Assembly (NCBI GenBank): GCA_023920165.1 | Contig: CP089277.1 | Span: forward strand, 2,046,001-2,110,000 | Reading direction: 5' to 3' | Source of the DNA: Curvularia clavata | Taxonomy: Eukaryota | Length of the DNA stretch: 64,000 bases | Part shown: one piece after another, positions 46,989 through 59,588 of the stretch | Layout: each line of letters begins with the position of its first letter | Position numbering within the stretch: the first letter of the stretch is position 1 | The notes under the pieces: generated by a model | Databases searched by the model: none | What the model was told of the DNA's origin: nothing | What the model saw: only the letters and a program-made list of their open reading frames with translations | Program-made: the position numbers and the translations under genes

Positions 46989-47877
46989 TCAATGCTCTGG
47001 AGCGGCCGCTCCTGGGTCTTGTTCTCCATGTACGTCCATATCTATGTTTGCTGGCTCGTCCTGATCTGGGCCTTCGGTGGGGACGGGGCGTCCTTCAATC
47101 ATACGAATCCACCACCCAGGAGGGTTGAGTGGGCTATGATTATTGTGTAACGGCGGGTAAATATCGTTGAAGTAATACCAGACTACGAGGGGTTAGCTAC
47201 GTCATGGTAGAGCCAGCGTAGAGATGCGGGAACCACCTACTATGACCTACAACAATGCCACACATCTCGTCTTTGGGCACCGTTCCATGCATGATCAGCG
47301 AAAAGGCTAGCAACACCCAAGGAAGATAGGGCGCTTTGAATACCAACAACCCTAAGAAGCTGAGCATGGTGTCTGGGTTTTTTCTACTCCAGATGTATAT
47401 GAGTGTGCTGGACAGAGCCGAGCCTAGAAAGGCCATGGAGAACATGGGTGCGATACAGAGGAGGAGCGTAGACGCAAAAGTGAGGAGCCATGCGAAATGC
47501 GCCGTCGACCGTCCGGACGATTCTTCCAGAAGACGCGCGTAGCGTTGGAGAAAGAAGATGTGGTAGAGAAGATCGAGGCTGAGGGGACCGAAGTAAAAGA
47601 ATGTAGTTAGTAGTCTCCAGTACTGTCCAATGTTAGCAAGCACTGGCCTGTTCTAAATCAACACGGTCGGACGCACCTGGCTCTTGAAGAAGACCGTTCG
47701 AACGCTATAGAACAGTTGAAACGGCGAGATGATATGACATTGCACAAGCACGCTCGCGCTCAGCGCCGCAGTCATCCACCAGCGAGTGCACACGGGCATT
47801 TCGTAAAACCACTGCTCCAGCGGGAAGCCTCCCACCCCACCCATCATACCATCCCCGCCCTGGAGGACATTCGCCAT
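46989..47877 (-). CDS. DER1: Derlin (Der1-like ERAD membrane protein)
   Basis: 'EMPVCTRWW', 'Q|YWRLLTTFFYFG', 'YIWSRKNP', 'FKAPYLPWVL' and 'GIVVGH|IWYYFNDIYP'. Two introns. Confidence 0.9.
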
Positions 47878-48463
47878 ACTGTAGGTACTCGAAGCTGCGA
47901 ACAAAGTGTGCGTTCAGTGGATCCAAGTGCAACGGTACGCTCACCAAAAGGACGTAAAGCACTAAGCACTAGCATGTGGCAGTAAAGTGAGTGGGAAGCA
48001 AGAGGACAATTGTCAGTCAGCAAACGGCGTGCTCCCAGATGCGAGAGTGAATGGTACGTGTTTGTACATATGTGGCTACGTGATCTGTCCGATGACCCGC
48101 CGAAGAACGATCTTATCTAATCTAATCTGGCCTGATCAACATCCACCAGCCACACGACCCAGCCACTGAGCTCGACGCGATCGTGCATCAAGCAGCACAA
48201 AGACAACCAGAATGCGACCGTGCCTTCTCAACTTCATACAGCGACCCTGGTTGGCGTTTTTAGAACTTGTCGTCCCCACCAACACATCTCTTTGTTGCAT
48301 TCCTACCGCGCTTATCCACAGTCAAAGTTGGCTAATTCCGCGTCGCGTTGCGTGAACGCGCCACCCTCTACTTCAATCCAAAACACCTAGACACCTCGTT
48401 GTCGCGTCCTTTCTTGCCTCGCTCCCGACACCTAGCACAACATTCCTACAAAGCGAACCTGTC

Positions 48464-49012
48464 ATGCCGCCAAAATCTCCTACTCGGCGCAATAAAGCAC
48501 GACCGTCCCGGGGTGGAAGGGCCAGCATTGGAGACAGGAGGGAGTCTGGCAAGCGACGTACGTCACAGCCTCATAACGGAATAATGCGCCCATCGTGACT
48601 GACTTCGCACAGTTGGAGCGCCGGGACCTGCTCCTGATCGCGCGAAAAAGCGCTACAAGCCAGGAACTGTTGCTCTTCGTGAGATCAAACGTTACCAAAA
48701 ATCGACCGACTTGCTTCTAATGAAGCTCCCTTTTCAGCGCCTTGTGAGCAACTCGCCGCAACACACTAGATCAATTATTACTAACATTGCCATTAGGTCC
48801 GCGAAATTGCCCAAACAGTGACGAGCGAAGAAGGACCTAACCGATGGCAAAGTCAAGCGATCATGGCCCTTCAAGAGGCTACCGAAGCCTTTCTGGTTAA
48901 CCTTTTTCACGATGCAAATCTATGTGCTATCCATGCCAAACGCGTTACAATACAACAAAAGGACATACAGCTCGCACGCCGCCTGCGAGCAGCTTGGGGC
49001 GCACCTGTCTAG
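48464..49012 (+). CDS. CSE4: Centromeric histone H3 variant (CenH3/CENP-A/Cse4)
   Basis: Non-H3 N-tail [11 protein letters not shown]..., histone fold '[83 protein letters not shown]'. Longer loop 1, W in place of H3 F84, A in place of T107. Two introns. Confidence 0.9.
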
Positions 49013-50030
49013 GCGCGAGAGCAAGAGCATGTGAGGCGATACCCAGTTTTTATTTCAAGTTTATTGTATTTGTATCGGGACAACAGGAGCAACATTTTGC
49101 GTACAGCCGGGCTATTCGCTCGTTGAGCAGCATGTCTGCAATAGTAGTCTAGGCTCCCCACACATTTGCCGCCATTCGATGCACTCCCATTCTATTTGTC
49201 GATACACTCCGTGTCCTCTTTTTTCGTGTGTTGTTTGATGTCAGTTTTCAGTAAACCTGGAATTAACGAAATCACAATATAACATATTTTGCCACGTGAA
49301 AGGAAAACGAGATTTGACACTGCAGCAGTCTTGGACAGCTTATCAATTCATCGTTGTTACAGTGTAGGCCTGTTGAATGAAGAAGACAGACGCCTGTGTA
49401 CAAAAGCTGATAGAGCTCATTGCAGGAGAAGAAAAGGATATATAGATAGAGCTAGCAGATCCCCTGATTTTCTATCGAGTCTTCTTTTAGTACCTACTGG
49501 TAAAGAATACAGTTCAATTTTATAATGTGGTGAATATGAGTGCCATAATGAATACATTTAAGGGGAACTCAATATGTAATTAGCAGCAAATTAATGATGT
49601 GAACGTGACTAAGATGCCCACGAAATCTAATTTAGTTCAGAAACTGGGATTAGCACAACAGTAAGTTCAACTACTGTATTGAGGGTTGATTATGATCTCT
49701 TCAGGGGCTGACCGACGATCCTAGTGAACCCAGACCGCCTATAATGCCGGCGTAACTTGTCGTTCCAACACTATATCATGGTCTAGCGGTTGACGTAAAG
49801 AAGTTGAATGCAAGAGAAATGATCAAATCCAATTAGTGAAATTTAAAGGAGTCTTCTCGTCTGTATAGCCTATTCGACTGTATGTATGATATACTAACGT
49901 ACCTTCTAGATGGGTAGACCACACGGACGATTAATGTATATGTTAGGACCCTCAAGAATCGAACAACCACCCACCGACCAAACTATTGAAACGGTATACT
50001 ACTATACGGCGAAATGACTATAGGAATATA

Positions 50031-50700
50031 CAGTGCCTCCGCTAAAGTTTCGCGACACTAGCGCTAACCACCCCACCAACCACCACCTCCACTACTGCAT
50101 TAAATGCCCACCACCACTCTACTACGATACAAATTCGAGCGCTAGATATAGAAGATAATAGCACACTGTCTAAATACAAAAGTAGATAAAGAGATACTAG
50201 AATTAGTATATTATAAGAATATATATTAGTACTAGTTAGTATTACACTAGATTGGGCTATACTTGTAACGGCACGAGCAAGACTAGTCGAATCGGTTCTA
50301 GTGGGAAGTGTCACTCAAATGCATATAGAAGTGCGTGAGATAATAGAAATATTTTACATTTAGTAGATATTGATAGGCCTAATATAAAAAGATATTAAAA
50401 TTTACTAAATATCTATAGAAGATATTTAGTACTTGTATCTAGATATAGGTCTTTTTTAGATCTAACTTAGTCTTTAGTTAGATTTTAATAAACTATTTTA
50501 GCTAGAGTATAGTTTAGTCTATATATAATTATATTATCTCTTTTTCTAGTAGATAGCTAGTTCTACAGCTATTAGTTCTAGTTATTATTATTTTTTCTAT
50601 ACTATAGGGTCTCTTATTTCTAATTTTTCTAGATTTTCTTTATACTATACTACTCGAAATAATAAAATACTTTAGTTCTAGTATAGTTTCTATAGCTATA
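50031..50700 (+). mobile_element. Probable left end of a degenerate Tc1/mariner-type element
   Basis: TA|CAGTGCCTCCGCTAAAGTTTCGCGACAC at the GC/AT boundary, followed by RIP-like sequence. The partner TIR was not found and the right boundary is a guess. Confidence 0.4.
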
Positions 50701-50719
50701 TATGTAAAAACTATAAACA

Positions 50720-50959
50720 CTTAAAAATTTAGGCGCGGAAAAGTAGCTTTCATCTTACTTTTTTATCTTTACCCTACTTTAATTATTTATTGTATTTTAT
50801 GTATACTTACTAAGCTAAACCCAAAATATTAAATGAATATAGTTGACTAATCTCTATATAAAACAGGAGCTTTTATATTTTTAGCACTTTTATAAGCTGA
50901 GATATCGTCGTTCTAAACCTACTACCTTTTTTAGTACGTTTTTTTATGAACCCCCACTG
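50720..50959. mobile_element. Terminal fragment of an impala-like Tc1/mariner element
   Basis: Ends GAACCCCCACTG|TA (reverse complement TA|CAGTGGGGGTTC). A diverged second copy of the same ~240 bp lies at ~54470-54707. Confidence 0.5.
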
Positions 50960-52081
50960 TATTATATAAATCTACAAGTTAGAAGGATTATAAAATAGTT
51001 TATTTTACTCGAATAGCTCTAGTTTTAACTTAGCTATCAATTGTCGAATATTTCTTATATTTCTCCACTTTCTTGTCTATATATAAGACGTTATCATGTC
51101 ATATTTTAGTATCAGCTTGCTTAATAAGTTATATTATAAAGATTTCAATCTATAATAAAATCTTATAAATTATAAAAAATATAAAAAACTAAACTAATAT
51201 TACTCTAGTCTAGTGGTTGATTTTTAATCAAGATAGGAGATAGATGCTGCGTCTATCTCTGTCAGCTGTCTATAAAAGACGCTGGCTGTCCATAGTTATC
51301 TGGTTACCTAGCTCTAATATATCTACTTATTACCTATATTTTGACTACTTACTAGATATTTTATTTCTATGACTTCCCTCTCAATAAGCTATTTTAGTTA
51401 TTAAGAAAGTTATTTTATCTATCTACTGACAACTTTCTTACAAAATCTATCCTTAATAAACTATAGTTATAATAAAAATATCAAGTATGAAATAGTAGTA
51501 TAGTGTATAACTTCTAACTATAAGTCCTTTATTTTTATAAACTTAGTCTGTGGTCTAGTAACTTAATCAATATTACTCTCCAACTAATTTCTATCTACTA
51601 TATATTTCAAACTTTTAAAATCTTTTTTATGAATTAGATATTATCTATTAGCTATTTTAATTTTTGAAATTTTTTTATTATATATATCTTATTATAATTA
51701 CTAAATTTCCTAGACTAATACTAAATATCTATCTATATTACTTGAATCTATATTATTATCTATGTTAAACTATTTTTTTCTATAATAACTATAGATCTTT
51801 TAAAATAGTTATATATTTAGACTTAATATATGACTTTTTATAATATTAGTTTAGATTATTCTAAATTTTTTTAGAAGTAATTTAATATTTAAGATATTTA
51901 AGTAAAAACGAAAGATACTAGTTATATAGCTTGAGTAAATAGCTAGAAAATTCTAAAAGTATATAAATTCAGCTAAAAGTTAATTAAATAGATTAGACTA
52001 CTATCTAGCTTAAAGACTATAGAATAGATAGAGAGTAATATAGCTAATATTTAAAAAGCTATCGTCATTTATATACTAATA

Positions 52082-53439
52082 CAGTCATACTCCAAAAGTC
52101 TGTGCCGCTAAGCGCTCGGGCCACTATCACCACTTTTTTCCCACAATTTCAACGCTATACAACTCCACCAAACTAAGTCTAAAAATAATTTTGAAATAAC
52201 TAAACTGTAGCTAAAGATCTTAGTATTTTGTTTAGTATCTTTTTACTTTATAGACAGCGGCGAGGCGGTGTAGTATACTTAAAATTAGCTTTATAATCAA
52301 AGAATTAGATATGTCTAACCACGCCTCGCGTAACCTATTTTTAAACTACTCCTACTTAATATTTATATTATTTATATAGTCAAACTCGGGATAAAGCTTA
52401 TAAAGTTTCTTTTTAAATACCTACTATAGATGCTCGATAGGGTTAAGATCTAGAGAATATAATAGCTAGTTAATTGTTTCTATTCTATAAATTCTTAACT
52501 ACTATTATAAGATTCGAGTAGTGTAGATACATGCGTTATCCTGTATAAATAGCTCGCCAGCTTTATAGTTTGGTAGTAGCCCTTCTTTAAGCGCTTTTAA
52601 GTAGCTCTGTACTATATATTTAGCTTAACGCTGTAATAAGTCTTATTTTATAATTACTAGAGAGCTATAGTCTATAATACTATTAGAATTTATCTAAATT
52701 GCAGCCTATACTATATAAGCGGGCTACCAGCTAGTAGAGATAGCTTCTATTATCTTATAAAACTATTTTTACTCTAGTAATTACTATATCTAAGTAGCGT
52801 TATAGCTAGATCTGCGGGCGATACTACACTTGTCTAAAAACTTTAAAATAGTCTACCTACCCTACGTAAAATTACGCCAACGCTATATAAAAAGTAGATA
52901 TTTTTTAGCTATAATTTTAGTAATAAATAGTCTGCGCTTTACTCTAAACTTATAGTAATCTATTTAAGTAAGTATTTATTGAATTATAGCTTAAGAGATA
53001 GTAGAGCGGCTAGTATTACTATTCTATAGATTAGTCTCGCAATATAGAGTGCTATATTCGATTCTAGAATTTCGTTTAATAACTTAAAATAGCTAATAAT
53101 AATCTCTACTAGTTAATTTAGGTAGGCAGTCTATCTAATCGCGCTTTATATAGATGCTTTCAGTTTCCTATTAGTAGATAATGTTAGATACTGCGCGTCG
53201 CGAGTAGCTTAGACGCGCCACAATTTCTATCGTTCTATATCTAGCCTCTATTTATACTAAAATATATATATATTATACTTTTAATAATTTACTATCTAGT
53301 ATTCGATTACGCGAAATCTTAGTATAAAAAGATCTTATTTAGATGGAGTTGTTTGGTGTTAAAGAAGAGACTACTCTATGGGAATTGGGATGGTGGGGTA
53401 GGCCCGTGCTCAGGGGAATAGACTTTTGAGCTAGTACTG
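52082..53439 (-). mobile_element. Tc1-family DD34E DNA transposon, RIP-inactivated (copy 1, 1358 bp)
   Basis: TA flanks on both sides and imperfect TIRs CAGT...CAAAAGTCT...GGGCC. The minus-strand relic reads ..QDN..H..YS(P)DLNPIEH. Confidence 0.9.
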
Positions 53440-54469
53440 TATCTAAGTAGTAGATATTTAATAAATATTTTTAGAGTAACTTAAGTTAGTCTTGAATAGA
53501 TATAATACTATATTTTATCTAGTTAGAGTTAAAAAAAGTAGAGAAAATAGAAGATATAGCGATGGAGAATATAGACATTAGTATTTTTAAAGAGAGAGTT
53601 AATAATATATTAATTTAGCTTTATAGAGCTATATAAGTTGTGACTATTAGTTTAAGAATTAACATATAATTTATAAAATGTTTTATAAGATATTGTACAA
53701 AAGACCGAAGCCAGATAGAATTTATAAGAGCTAAATAACTTTTAGTATCTAAAGTCTAGAGCCTAAAGAATCTTATATTTACATCTCTACTTAGATAGTA
53801 CTCTTTATTTTAACTTCTTAATGTTTAGTAGGCTAAAGAGTAGCCCACTACCCATTTATAGAATATATATTTTGGGCTAATCGCCATAGACGAGCTAATT
53901 GTGGGCAATAAGAATATAAATAAATAAATACTTAAAACTATAGATACTCATGTAAGAAAGTTGTAGGTAGGTAAATAGAATAACTTTCTTAATTAACTAA
54001 AATAGCTTATTAAGAGGTGAGAAATAGATATAAAATATCTAGTAAGTGGTCAAAATGTAGGTAATAAGTAGATATATTGGAGCTAGGTTATCAAATAACT
54101 ATAGACAGTCAGCGTCTTTTATAGACAACTAACGGAGATAGGCGCTGCGTCTATTTCCTATCTTGATTTCAAATCAACTACTAGACTAAAGTATAATTAG
54201 ATTAGTTTTTTATCTTTTTTATGATTTATAAGATTTTATTATAGACTAAAATCTTTATAATCTAGCTTGCTAAGCAAGCTAGAGCTAAAATATAGAATAA
54301 TGACGTCTTACATCTAGATAAGAAAGCGGAGAAATACTTAAAATACTCGGCAGTTAATAGCTACATCAAATGTAGAGCTACAAGAACAAAAACAACTAAT
54401 TTGAATAGCTAATCTTTTATAGAATAATACTAAAATATAATATAATAATTATATTATAATTTACAACTC

Positions 54470-54707
54470 AAAATTTTGAGCGCAAGAAAATAGCTTTTAT
54501 CTTACTTTTTTCCTTTGACTCTACTTTAACAATTTACTGAACCTTTTCTTTACTGACAAAGCTAAGTCTAAAATATTATAATCAAATTGCTAGTCAATCT
54601 CTATACAAAATATTATCCTTTATATTTCCAGCTATCGTATTGGCCTAGTTATAGTAGTTCTAAAATTACTACTGTTTTAAATCCTTTTTTCCCGTGAACC
54701 CCCACCA
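54470..54707. mobile_element. Second terminal fragment of the impala-like element
   Basis: Aligns by eye in direct orientation with 50720-50959 and ends GAACCCCCAC. Confidence 0.45.
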
Positions 54708-55354
54708 TAGTTATCTTTTTACCAGATACTATATTCAGTTTCTATAATAGGATAAATAATCATATCATTTAATTTCCCTAAAGATAGTTCTCTGACTAGC
54801 CAAGATATTTTAGCTATTAGTTAGTTAAAAACTACTCCATTTTACTAAAAAGGTATTAGATTACTAAAATTCAACTTTATAAAATATTAATATTCTATAT
54901 GATTTTTATTAAAAGATTGAAAGCTCTTGAACTTTATAAATTTAGAGTTATCTAATTTAGAAGATCTAAGAAAGATACTCTATTAAATTAATTATTGCTA
55001 GCTTTATAATAATATAAAAATACTTAATAGACTATTATAATCAAAATACTAGTTAAAACGTAACATAAATTTAAAGTAGAATTCAAGTCTAAAAAGAGTC
55101 AATATCAGATGGACACTTTATTATATTTCATTATAGTAGAGTTAGTAATAGTAGAAGTTAAGAAGATAGAGATAGAGAATATTAATATTACTAATATAAG
55201 AAAGAAAATTAATAATATATTAAATAAGCTTCATAGAGCTAGATAGATTATAACTATTAGTTCAAAAATCATAATATAACTTATAAAATATTTTCTAAAA
55301 TATTATATAAAAGGCTGAAGGTAACTAATAAAAATATGTAGTATTAGAGTAGTA

Positions 55355-57209
55355 ACGTAGTTTATAAGCGAGTCGGTCATACAAGCGAGTCGGTCACCCT
55401 ACTAACTTTACACACCTTTACAAGCGTGTAGCTCCACCATATATAGATAGTTTTAACAGATATTAAGATAGTAGATTAATTACTATCTAGAGTATCTTTC
55501 TTATATATATACGAGTTATAGCCAGTCTCTTTACATCTACTATAGCGCGCAAGAGCCCGGCCACTAACACCTAATCGCTCTCCTCCCTAACACTCTTTAT
55601 AAGCAATCTGCTTATTAGTATCGCGTTAAGCAATAATATCCTCGCTAGCTCTCTTTATAAGTACTCCTTACTTCTATATTCACTTTCTTTTACGCTATTT
55701 ATACTTTAATACTAGCTTATTAGTCTTTTAAAGACTAGTAATCTAATTGCGCATTAGCTTAGCTAATAGTATTATTACTTACGCGCCTTTCTTAAGCTAA
55801 TTAATTGCTATAATAATTAAAGCTAGTAACGAGCTCTTATACTATCGAACGCAATTATTTATTAGTATTAATTAAGCTTTAAGCTCGCGTATATTACTTA
55901 GCATACAGGGCTGCTAAAGAGCTTCTACAAGAGTAGCTAGAGAAGTAGACGTACGTAGCTATACATTAAGCTTTAATAGAATAGTATCTAGCTAAAAAAG
56001 AATAAGACCTACATCTCAGAAAGCTAAACAGATATTAGCTAGCGTAAAAGATCAATCAAACGCTGCCTTAAACGCTAGTAGAAACTTAAGCTTAGTAATA
56101 TAGTTAATATAATTACGTATTAGACTCTCTACCTTACAGTTATACGCGCGTTTTAATAGGAAGAAACAGCTAATATTAAAAGGCTAGAGTAGATGAGACG
56201 AGTGAGACAGCATACAGAGCGTGTAGATATTGTTCTTCTTACAGAGCTTTTAGAACTTAAGTGACTAGTAGCTCTTATAGCTATTAAGAATAAATAGCTA
56301 GCGTACTCTAACAACCTTACTATCTATATACTTAATAAAGTGCTTTAGCCACTCAACTCCAAGCTTATTAGTCATTCAGCCGTTTTTACTCACTGCGATC
56401 GCCCAGTCGCGTATAATTTCTGCCTCCTCGTACCAGGCAGACAGGTAATACTTGCCAGTAAAGATTAGAAATAGTAGGATAGACTAGCCAGCTACGTTAA
56501 TCGTAGCGATAAACGTCACCTACTCGCGACCACCTAGCTAGATAGCTTTTAGATAGCCTCTTCTCTCTAACGCTATAATAATAAGCTAAATAGTAATCTT
56601 ATATATTAAAAAGCTAGCTTCATTAAAGTTATAGACGTCTTTGTCGTAAATACTATACTTAGCCTTCGTCTACTCTATACGCTTAAACCAGCTCTTAATT
56701 AAGACTAGATTTTTATATAGAGCTCTCTATCTATTATACGCTGGATTAAAACGCGTTATAAGACTATCTATACGCTTGATAAAGTTGCGCGGCTAGTGAA
56801 TGCCAACCTAGCCAGCGTCGCGCGTAGCTAGTAGCTTATTAGCTATATCTCGTACAGCAGTATAGATAGGCGCAAATCTATATAGATTAAGATCGATTAT
56901 ATAGCTAGTAATTACTTACTCTTCTAGCTATAATAGCTTCTTTAAATTAGACTAGCAATCGCGCCGCGCGTACCTCCTAGCGCGTTAGTCGATTAGTATT
57001 AATCTCAGAATATTAAACGCTATAGTAGCGCGTTAGGTACTCTAGATTTAATTACTATCTAGAGAAAAAAAAACAAGCTAAATATCCTCTTCATAAGAAG
57101 TTAATTTAGAAGCGTGGTATAGAGACATTACGCGTAAAGTTAAGATAGATAATTAAAGCTAGAGGGGTGACCAACTCGTTTATATAACCGACTCGCTTAT
57201 AAACTACGT
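55355..57209 (-). mobile_element. Fot1/Pogo-family DNA transposon, full length, RIP-inactivated (1855 bp)
   Basis: TA|ACGTAGTTTATAAGCGAGTCGG... TIRs ...CCGACTCGCTTATAAACTACGT|TA. Minus-strand relic ORF from ATG 57128 with HTH, YNF(D)EA(G)F, HSSHLL(Q)P and a C-terminal CCHC-like motif. Confidence 0.92.
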
Positions 57210-59588
57210 TATATATTTTTTATAAGTATCTACTTTTCTATTTTTATATATTTAACCTCTAGCTTTGTGAAATTTATTAATAATATTATATATTTAGCAT
57301 ATTCTATCTTTTTCCAAAGACATTTTTTTAAATCTAGTTCATATCTAATCTCTCTAGTTCATAGATAATCTTTATTACTTTTTTTAGACGTCTAGTCTAT
57401 TCTCAATAAGCTACCTATAAATAAAGTTACTATAGAGCTATTTCTATAGCTCTATGAATAGTTTAATTTGCTAGATATAACTATACCTAATAATAATAAC
57501 TATATTCCATACTATATATATTAGATGGATATAATCTAGCTATAATAGTTATAAAATTAGAAAACTACTCTTATTAATAGATAAAATATTTTAAGAATTT
57601 ATAATTCAAACTACTAGATAATAAAAAAGAATATAGTAAAGCTATATACTTGAACTGTTTGGTTATAGCTAGAATTTGATATTTATAAAATTAGAAAAAC
57701 TATTCTAAATAGATATATATATACAGAAATGATATTATAATATCTAAAAACTATAGGTTGGATAGATATTATACTTTATTTTATTTAATTAAAACTACGC
57801 TAGTTAGATAATAATATAGATATAGACGTAGAAGTAGATATAAATAGTAATAGTAATAATAATAGTAATATAGACAGAGATAGTATTATAGTATAAGAGA
57901 ATATTAAGATAGTAGATATAAAAAAGAAATTAGATGATATACCAATATAGCGATAGAGAAGCTAGATCTAAGCTATATTGATTAATTTTATCTTCAATAT
58001 ACATAAAATACTTAAAGTATTGCTTATAATATTTTATAAAAGACTAAAGCTAGAAAACTATTCATAACGCTAATTCTATAGCTCTATAATAACTTTATCC
58101 AAAACTAATTAATAAAAAGTAGACTAGATATATAAAGAAAAATAGAGTATATTCATTATCTAGAAAGATTGGATATAGTTGATGTAAAAAAACTAATAAT
58201 AGAGACAGAATAAGCTAGATATATAATACTGATAATAGATTCTGTTAAACTAGAGACTTTTTTTATAAAAGTACAAAAATAATCATTTCTACACAGTATA
58301 TACTATTTAAACTAAATTTTCACATTATAATTCTAGTTAAAGAATGTAAAAATCTTTTCTACTTATTGGGAGCTATCTAATAGATAGAGGTTTATTAAAA
58401 TTAGTATTATTATTATAATTTGGATCTATACTACATTTCAGATTTAATATATAACGCTAAAGATACTAGAGTTTAAAATATAGAAGTTTAAAATCTTATT
58501 TTAAGTTTCCAAATTTTAGTAAACTAAAGGGCGGCCTACTTTTCTTTCAAGACTACTTTTTATATTAGCTAATTACTATAGGCGAGCTGATTATTAGAAA
58601 TTAAAACAGAAATAGATATAAAAGATAGAAATTAGATAGAAAATAATATTCATAAATTCACCGGACTAGAAACTAAATCTATAAAAACATCGGACTTATA
58701 AATAGCTATAAGCTATCCTACTATTTTATACTATATATGTTTATTATAATTATAATTCATTAAGTATAGATTTCAATATATATCATTAGATATCTAATAA
58801 AATAGTAATTATGATTTTTCAATCTAGTTCTATTGAGAAATTTAAATCCAAACTTCTAGACTATAAGCTTTAGATACTAGATACATTAAATACCAAAGCT
58901 TTATGGCTTTTATTTCAAAATGCTTGTGTTGGTCTATCCGGATAGTATTTTTTATTTCAACTTTTTGATTTTTAGTAGACTAAGAAGTAGCCTGCTACAT
59001 ATTTATATAACGTATATTTTACGCCAATCGCCATAGACGAGCCACCTTTAGGAAAAAACAATATAAATTAATAATCATAGTTTATTAGATACAGACTTTA
59101 CCACCTGTTATTGAATTTTTAAGAAGATAGTTATCATTATTTCATAATCAAAATTTATCTAAACTAGTACTAACTTTCTAGAATAAAAATCAGAAAGTTT
59201 TCAGCATCTAAAGTATTTAGTACTTAAAATATTTAGTATCTATGATTAAGTGCTTAAAGTCTTATATTTAATTTTGTACTTAGATAGTATTCTGTATTTT
59301 AACTTTTTGATTGTTTGTAGACTAAGAGGTAGTCTGCCACTTATTTATATGATATATCTATTTCTATATTTATTTCTCATAATTGGCGCGCCTATAGCGA
59401 TTAGTCCATATTAAAAAGTAGTCTTACAATAAAGGTAGGCCACCCCTTAGCCTACTAAAATTCAAAAATTTAAAAAAGAACTATATCTAAAAAGGGGAGA
59501 GAGAAGAGTTTAAATATAAGATCTTAAGCTTCTATATTTTGAATCTTAAAAATTTTTATTTTATATAATAAATCTAAAATATAATATA

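Noticed and set aside
49941..50030. TGTTAG... as a possible solo-LTR start
   Set aside because: No matching ...CA end, TSD or second copy seen.
50042..50314. 90-aa minus-strand ORF at the AT boundary
   Set aside because: Low-complexity RIP-derived sequence, not a credible gene or effector.
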